A stretch of 64,000 bases of DNA from assembly GCF_902713615.1 (NCBI RefSeq), contig NW_024055751.1:950672-1014671 (forward strand), given 5' to 3'. The DNA comes from Scyliorhinus canicula (lineage: Eukaryota). The translations under genes were made by a program, and so were the position numbers. The notes beneath the pieces were generated by a model. It worked only from the letters and a program-made list of their open reading frames with translations, had not been told where the DNA came from and did not search any database. Below are positions 60,190-64,000 of this stretch, piece by piece (position 1 is the stretch's first letter; every line of letters begins with the position of its first letter).

Positions 60190-61816
60190 AGGTATGGCCG
60201 ACTGCACGTCGCACACACATGGCAGACTGTACATCACAGAAACCTGGCAGACAGTATATCACACAAATCTGGCTGACTGTACATAACACAAAAATGGGAG
60301 GCTGTACATCACATAAACCTGGCTGACTGTACATCACACAAACATGGCCGACTACATCACACAAACATGGCAGGGTGTACATCACACAAACATGGCAGAC
60401 TACATCACACAAACATGGCAGACAGTATATCATACAAACATGGTAGACTGTACATCACAAAAACATGGCAGACAGTATATCACACAAACATGATAGACTG
60501 TACATCACACAAACATGGCTGACTCTACATCACACAAACATGGCAGACTGTACATCACACAAACATGGCAGACTACATCACACAAACATGGCAGACAGTA
60601 TATCATACAAACATGGCTGACTCTATATCACACAAACATGGCAGACTGTACATCACACAAACATGCCAGACTGTGCATCACAGAAACGTGTTAGACTGTA
60701 CATCACACAAACATGGCAGACTGTACATCACACAAACATGGCAGACTGTACATCACACAAACATGGCAGACAGTATAATCACACAAACATGGCAGACTGT
60801 ACATCACACAAACATGGCAGACAGTATAATCACACAAACATGGCAGACTGTACATCACACAAACGTGGCAGACTGTACATCATACAAACATGGCAGACTG
60901 TATATCACACAAACCTGGCTGACTGCACATCACACAAAAATGGGAGGCTGTACATCACATAAACCTGGCTGACTGTACATCACACAAACATGGCAGACTA
61001 CATCACACAAACATGGCAGACTGAACATCACACAAACATGGCAGACTACATCACACAAACATGGCAGACAGTATATCATACAAACATGGTAGCCTGTACA
61101 TCACACAAACATGGCTGACTCTACATCACACAAACATGGCAGACTGTACATCACACAAACATGGCAGACTGTACATCACACAAACGTGGCAGACTGTATA
61201 TCACACAAACGTGGCACACTGCACATCACACAAACATGGCAGACTGTACATCACACAAACATGGCAGACTGTACATCACACAAACATGGCAGACTGTACA
61301 TCATACAAGCATGGCAGACAGTATAATCACACAAACATGGCAGACTGTACATCACAGAAACGTGTTATACTGTACATCACACAAACGTGGCAGACTGTAC
61401 ATCACACAAACATGGCAGACTGTACATCACACAAACGTGGCAGACTGTACATCACACAAACATGGCAGACAGTATAATCACACAAACATGGCAGACTGTA
61501 CATCACACAAACATGGCTGACTGTACATCACACAAACGTGGCAGACTGTACATCACAGAAACGTGTTATACTGTACATCACACAAACGTGGCAGACTGTA
61601 CATCACACAAACATGGCAGACCGTACATCACACAAATATGTCAGACTGTACATCACACAAATGTGGCAGACTGTACATCACACAAACATGTCAGACTGTA
61701 CATCACACAAATGTGGCAGACTGTACATCACACAAACATGTCAGACTGTACATCACAGAAACGTGTTAGACTGTACATCACACAAATGTGGCAGACTGTA
61801 CGTCGCACAAACATGG
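60190..61816. repeat. 25-bp minisatellite (CAGACTGTACATCACACAAACATGG)n
   Basis: Roughly 65 tandem units with variants such as CAGACAGTATAATCACAC and CACAGAAACGTGTTA. Confidence 0.95.
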
Positions 61817-62182
61817 TGAACGTCCTTTTGTTGTATGTCTGACGCTTGTGGCCCACATTTGAGGGATATTTCGTGTGAACAACCACTTTCTCGGGAAAAT
61901 CGTAAAATACAGCCCTGATTTTAAAAGAAGTCTGAGTTGATCAGTAGGTAGAACAGTTCAACTGTCTCATTGATTCTGTGACGGATCTCTCCGCCTAATT
62001 CTATTCTGTAGTTTGTTTTGTTGGCCGCTGCTGGAAACATGTTGATGACAGTTTGATTCGAGGTTAATGTGGCTTCTGCCATCGATTTGAGTTTGAGCGC
62101 CTGACAGCCCCGGTGATAAGTGTGGCTGCGTCTGCTCTAGATTCTACACACGAAGAGGAGCTCTCACTTACAATGTAAAAAC

Positions 62183-62221
62183 AGTTTTTGTACAGGGGTG
62201 AGGCTGCTTTGCATCACTGTG
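62183..62221 (-). promoter_or_regulatory. 23-RSS
   Basis: CACAGTG, 23 nt, ACAAAAACT. Confidence 0.95.
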
Positions 62222-62680
62222 AGGCTGAAAGCGCAGTAATACACGGCAGCATCACTCAGCTGCAGATCCCCGATAGTCAAACTGAGGAATTTCTTCGAGG
62301 TCTGGAGGTCAGTTGAGAAACGGACTTTAGCAAAGTCTGCTTTATCTTCATAACCCTCCGAGTACTTCCTCAGTATATACTCGGGCTGTGAGTCTGGGTG
62401 TTGGCGGTACCAGAATAAATTATAGCTGTTTTCTGCAGTATCATAGGTACAGTTCAAAGTCACCGCTTTTCCTTCCGTCTGAACATTTGAGGACAGCGGC
62501 TGAGAGACAGAATCTCCATGACTCTGATCTGCAAAACATGTTCAAACAATTAAAGATCAGACGGACATGTGCTCAAAATTCAGATCCGACCCATGTTTTA
62601 GAAATGAAAGAAAATATGATGTATCCACAAATACCTGTTAGAAATGCTCCCCACACAACCCAGATGCTGAGGAGCCGCAT
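62222..62680 (-). CDS. TCR delta/alpha-type V gene segment, apparently functional (leader 62680-62635, V exon 62528-62222)
   Basis: MRLLSIWVVWGAFLT|DQSHGDSVSQP...VTLNCTY...LFWYRQHP...RFS...SDAAVYYCAFS. Confidence 0.93.
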
Positions 62681-62754
62681 TGCCGCTGACCGCTCTGTAA
62701 AAGGGGGAATCGGATATCTGAAACCGTCCGTCCTCATCCCCACCCTCAATAATC

Positions 62755-62790
62755 TGATGACGTATTTCAGAATGCTCAGACGTCAGTTCC
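62755..62790 (-). promoter_or_regulatory. CRE-like motifs upstream of the V leader
   Basis: TGACGTAT and AGACGTCA lie ~75-105 bp upstream of the ATG. CRE sites are typical of TCR V promoters. Confidence 0.45.
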
Positions 62791-63419
62791 GTATTTCGCC
62801 AGTGGCACCGTGTGATTGGTTGATGCTGAACTGGCTGTCACTGAATGGAAGCTCACCAACCTGTGCACCAGTCGGTTCCTTATAGGACAAATTGTTCCGC
62901 TTTAGGAACGGCGAGTGGATGGAAGCTTCATCTGGTTATTGTAACCGATGAGCAAAGATTGTTCTGAAGAAGAATTATATGGACTCAAAATATTAATTAA
63001 GATTCTCTCCTCGTCGCTGCCAGACCTGCTGAGGTTATCCAGCATTTTGTGTTTTTATTTCAGACTTCTCCCATCCACAGTATTTTGCTTTTATATGAGC
63101 AAGGACTGATGAGAGATTGGGTGTATTAGCAGCCAATGTTCTGCTTTCCTGTCCTACCGTTAATACCTGTGACACCAGTGAGACTCCCCTCACTCTCAGT
63201 TAACCAACAACACCAAATGAAAAGATTCACATGTTAATGGTAGACATTGTGATCACCCTGGGGCGAGTTACAACATGTTAAACAGGTGGAGGTAAGAGAG
63301 GCAGCGCTGATTGGGTTGCAATATTGCCTCGGTTGATACAATCACTGGACACTACTTATTCCTCAAGAACACGACCTGCGAGGAAATTCTGAAAATGAAG
63401 TTGGTATTGAGCAAAATTC

Positions 63420-63800
63420 AGAGACCGTTCACCGGATTGATACCTGGGATGAAGGTGTTTGTCTTATGAGGACAGTTTGAGCAGCGGGACCTATACATAT
63501 TGGAGTTTGAAGAATTAAAGTTAATCATAGTGAAACACAGTAGATTCTGAGAGATTTGACAGGATAGATGCTGGAAGGATGTTTCCCCTTTTGCGGGGAA
63601 TCTATAACCAGGGGATGCAGCTTACAATATGAAGTCTCCCAATAATGCTGGAGATGGAAGGAATTCGTTTTCTCAGAGGGACATTAAACTTTGGGATTCT
63701 CTTTCCCAGAGAACACTGGAGGCCGGGTCATTGAATAATTTTACGGCGGAGTTCTACAGGTCTTTGAATTATAATGGGTGTCAATGTGTCATAGGGATCA
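63420..63800 (+). mobile_element. CR1 3' fragment
   Basis: Degenerate ...TTCACCGGATTGATACCTGGGATGAAGG...TTCTCAGAGGG...TGGGATTCTCT. Confidence 0.65.
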
Positions 63801-64000
63801 GGCGGAAATGTGGAGTAAAGACAAAGATCAGATCAGCTCTAGTCTGACTGAACGTCAGGACAGATTCGAGAGCAGAGTGCTCGATTGGAACTCTTTGTTC
63901 TTACATTTGTCCGTACATATCGGTGAATTGGCTGCCCAAAACATTGCTATGTTGGTTTTATTAAAGGCGCAAGAAAGTCAGTGAAGTCTAGTTTCCTGCT

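Noticed and set aside
60190-61816. Long ORFs in the minisatellite, and the idea that the repeat is an RSS array or a CRISPR-like array
   Set aside because: The ORFs are by-products of a 25-bp period. There are no unique spacers, and the CAC-to-ACAAACATG spacing is 21 nt with a poor heptamer.

Overview
Eukaryotic, non-mammalian vertebrate DNA, most consistent with a shark such as a catshark (inferred from HE1-type SINEs, CR1 and Penelope repeats and a GPR139-like receptor). The left half (about 1-34 kb) is a tandem tRNA gene array with two ~2.45 kb unit types. Unit A carries Val and Arg-ACG genes. Unit B carries Val-CAC divergent to a tRNA-Pro gene that has an 18-nt insertion at the canonical 37/38 intron site. 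Single His, Thr and Asn genes and many transposon insertions are interspersed, including a 2.1 kb palindromic Penelope element inside a tRNA-Val. The right half (about 34-64 kb) is part of a T-cell receptor alpha/delta-type V cluster: three apparently intact V genes with leader exons and RSSs on the minus strand, three V pseudogenes on the plus strand, a nested two-exon GPR139-like GPCR, LINE/SINE debris and a 25-bp minisatellite. An orphan V leader at 14.8 kb suggests the tRNA array lies inside the TCR V region. The top findings are the intron-containing tRNA-Pro family with anticodon-intron covariation, anticodon-switched Val-body tRNAs, and the tRNA/TCR interdigitation. All coordinates were read by eye and no database searches were run.
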